Assembly (NCBI GenBank): GCA_963724065.1
Contig: CAVRTB010000002.1
Coordinates: forward strand, 116,073 to 180,072
Source of the DNA: an uncultured Solirubrobacterales bacterium
GTDB taxonomy: Bacteria; Actinomycetota; Thermoleophilia; Solirubrobacterales; JBBDJG01
Direction: 5' to 3'
Length of the DNA stretch: 64,000 nucleotides
Positions 63,701-64,000 of this stretch are shown here, piece by piece. The position numbers were made by a program, and so were the translations under genes. Under the pieces are notes generated by a model. That model had not been told where the DNA came from. It saw nothing but the letters and a program-made list of their open reading frames with translations, and ran no database searches. Position 1 is the first letter of the stretch, and each line of letters begins with the position of its first letter.

Positions 63701-64000
63701 ATGTCGGACGAGAACATCGACCTCGTTAAGAAGCTCGTCCCTCCCGCGGGTATGGATTACACCGATCTGTTTGGCGACGAGGTGCTTTGGGCGGCCGCAA
63801 AAGACGCCGCCGAGCCAATTGTCGCACCCGACATAGAAGGCGCATTTATCGCCTGGGGCCAGCGATTGATGGAGTTCAAGGGACTCGACGGCATGCGGGA
63901 CGCCTTCCTTCAATGGCTTGCCCCTTGGACGAGCTATTACGACGAAATCGAGGAGATCTTCGCGGTTGGCGATGATCGCGTTGTCGTCCTCGGGCGCGAG
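63701..64000 (+). CDS. NTF2/SnoaL-like protein, 3'-partial (runs off the window)
   Basis: ATG 63701 opens a frame with no stop up to 64000 (MSDENIDLVKKLVPPAGMDYTDLF...GLDGMRDAFLQWLAPWTSYYDEIEEIFAVGDDRVVVLGRE). It is absent from the ORF track because it has no stop in the window. Third codon positions are markedly less GC-rich than elsewhere. Confidence 0.5.
   Translation, partial: MSDENIDLVKKLVPPAGMDYTDLFGDEVLWAAAKDAAEPIVAPDIEGAFIAWGQRLMEFKGLDGMRDAFLQWLAPWTSYYDEIEEIFAVGDDRVVVLGRE

Noticed and set aside
63506-63913. 135-aa minus-strand ORF at the right edge
   Set aside because: The composition is implausible and the ORF is antisense to the better-supported partial NTF2-like gene starting at 63701. 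Only the short VOC-like C-terminal relic in a different minus frame looked meaningful.

Overview
64-kb, very GC-rich (about 70% by eye), gene-dense bacterial chromosomal segment. I call about 60 protein-coding genes and recognised no rRNA, tRNA, CRISPR array, transposase or integrase. The gene content (F420-linked enzymes, two P450s, RTX-type secreted proteins, an ECF sigma factor, DUF559/AbiEi-like genes) fits a high-GC Actinomycetota, possibly Thermoleophilia-like; that placement is inference only. The dominant feature is a 14-kb head-to-tail array of four paralogous ~1,130-aa secreted proteins at 35408-49368. Each carries a PQQ-type sugar-dehydrogenase beta-propeller, a PKD domain, an Ig-like domain, an InlB-B-repeat-like domain, a DNRLRE-like domain and a C-terminal module I do not recognise. 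That ~205-aa, four-Cys module always ends the protein with QGLFVP. It is also fused to an unrelated PvdQ/AHL-acylase-like enzyme at 2991-6128, so it behaves as a portable C-terminal domain and is my best candidate for something undescribed. Other notable points:
- A DUF559 endonuclease-like gene is bracketed by perfect 44-bp hairpin-forming direct repeats.
- A conserved CTGGATTCGC leader motif precedes three of the four array genes.
- The fourth array gene has a signal peptide encoded upstream of any canonical start codon, in frame with the third gene.
- The array is followed by a tandem pair of signal-less AlgJ/AlgX-like genes and a second acylase.
- Two RTX-metallophosphoesterase paralogs flank a thiolase gene.
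- A DUF192 gene is frameshifted.
- Gene debris and a drop in third-position GC mark the right edge of the window.
All product calls come from motif recognition by eye, and start codons are often uncertain in this GC-rich DNA.
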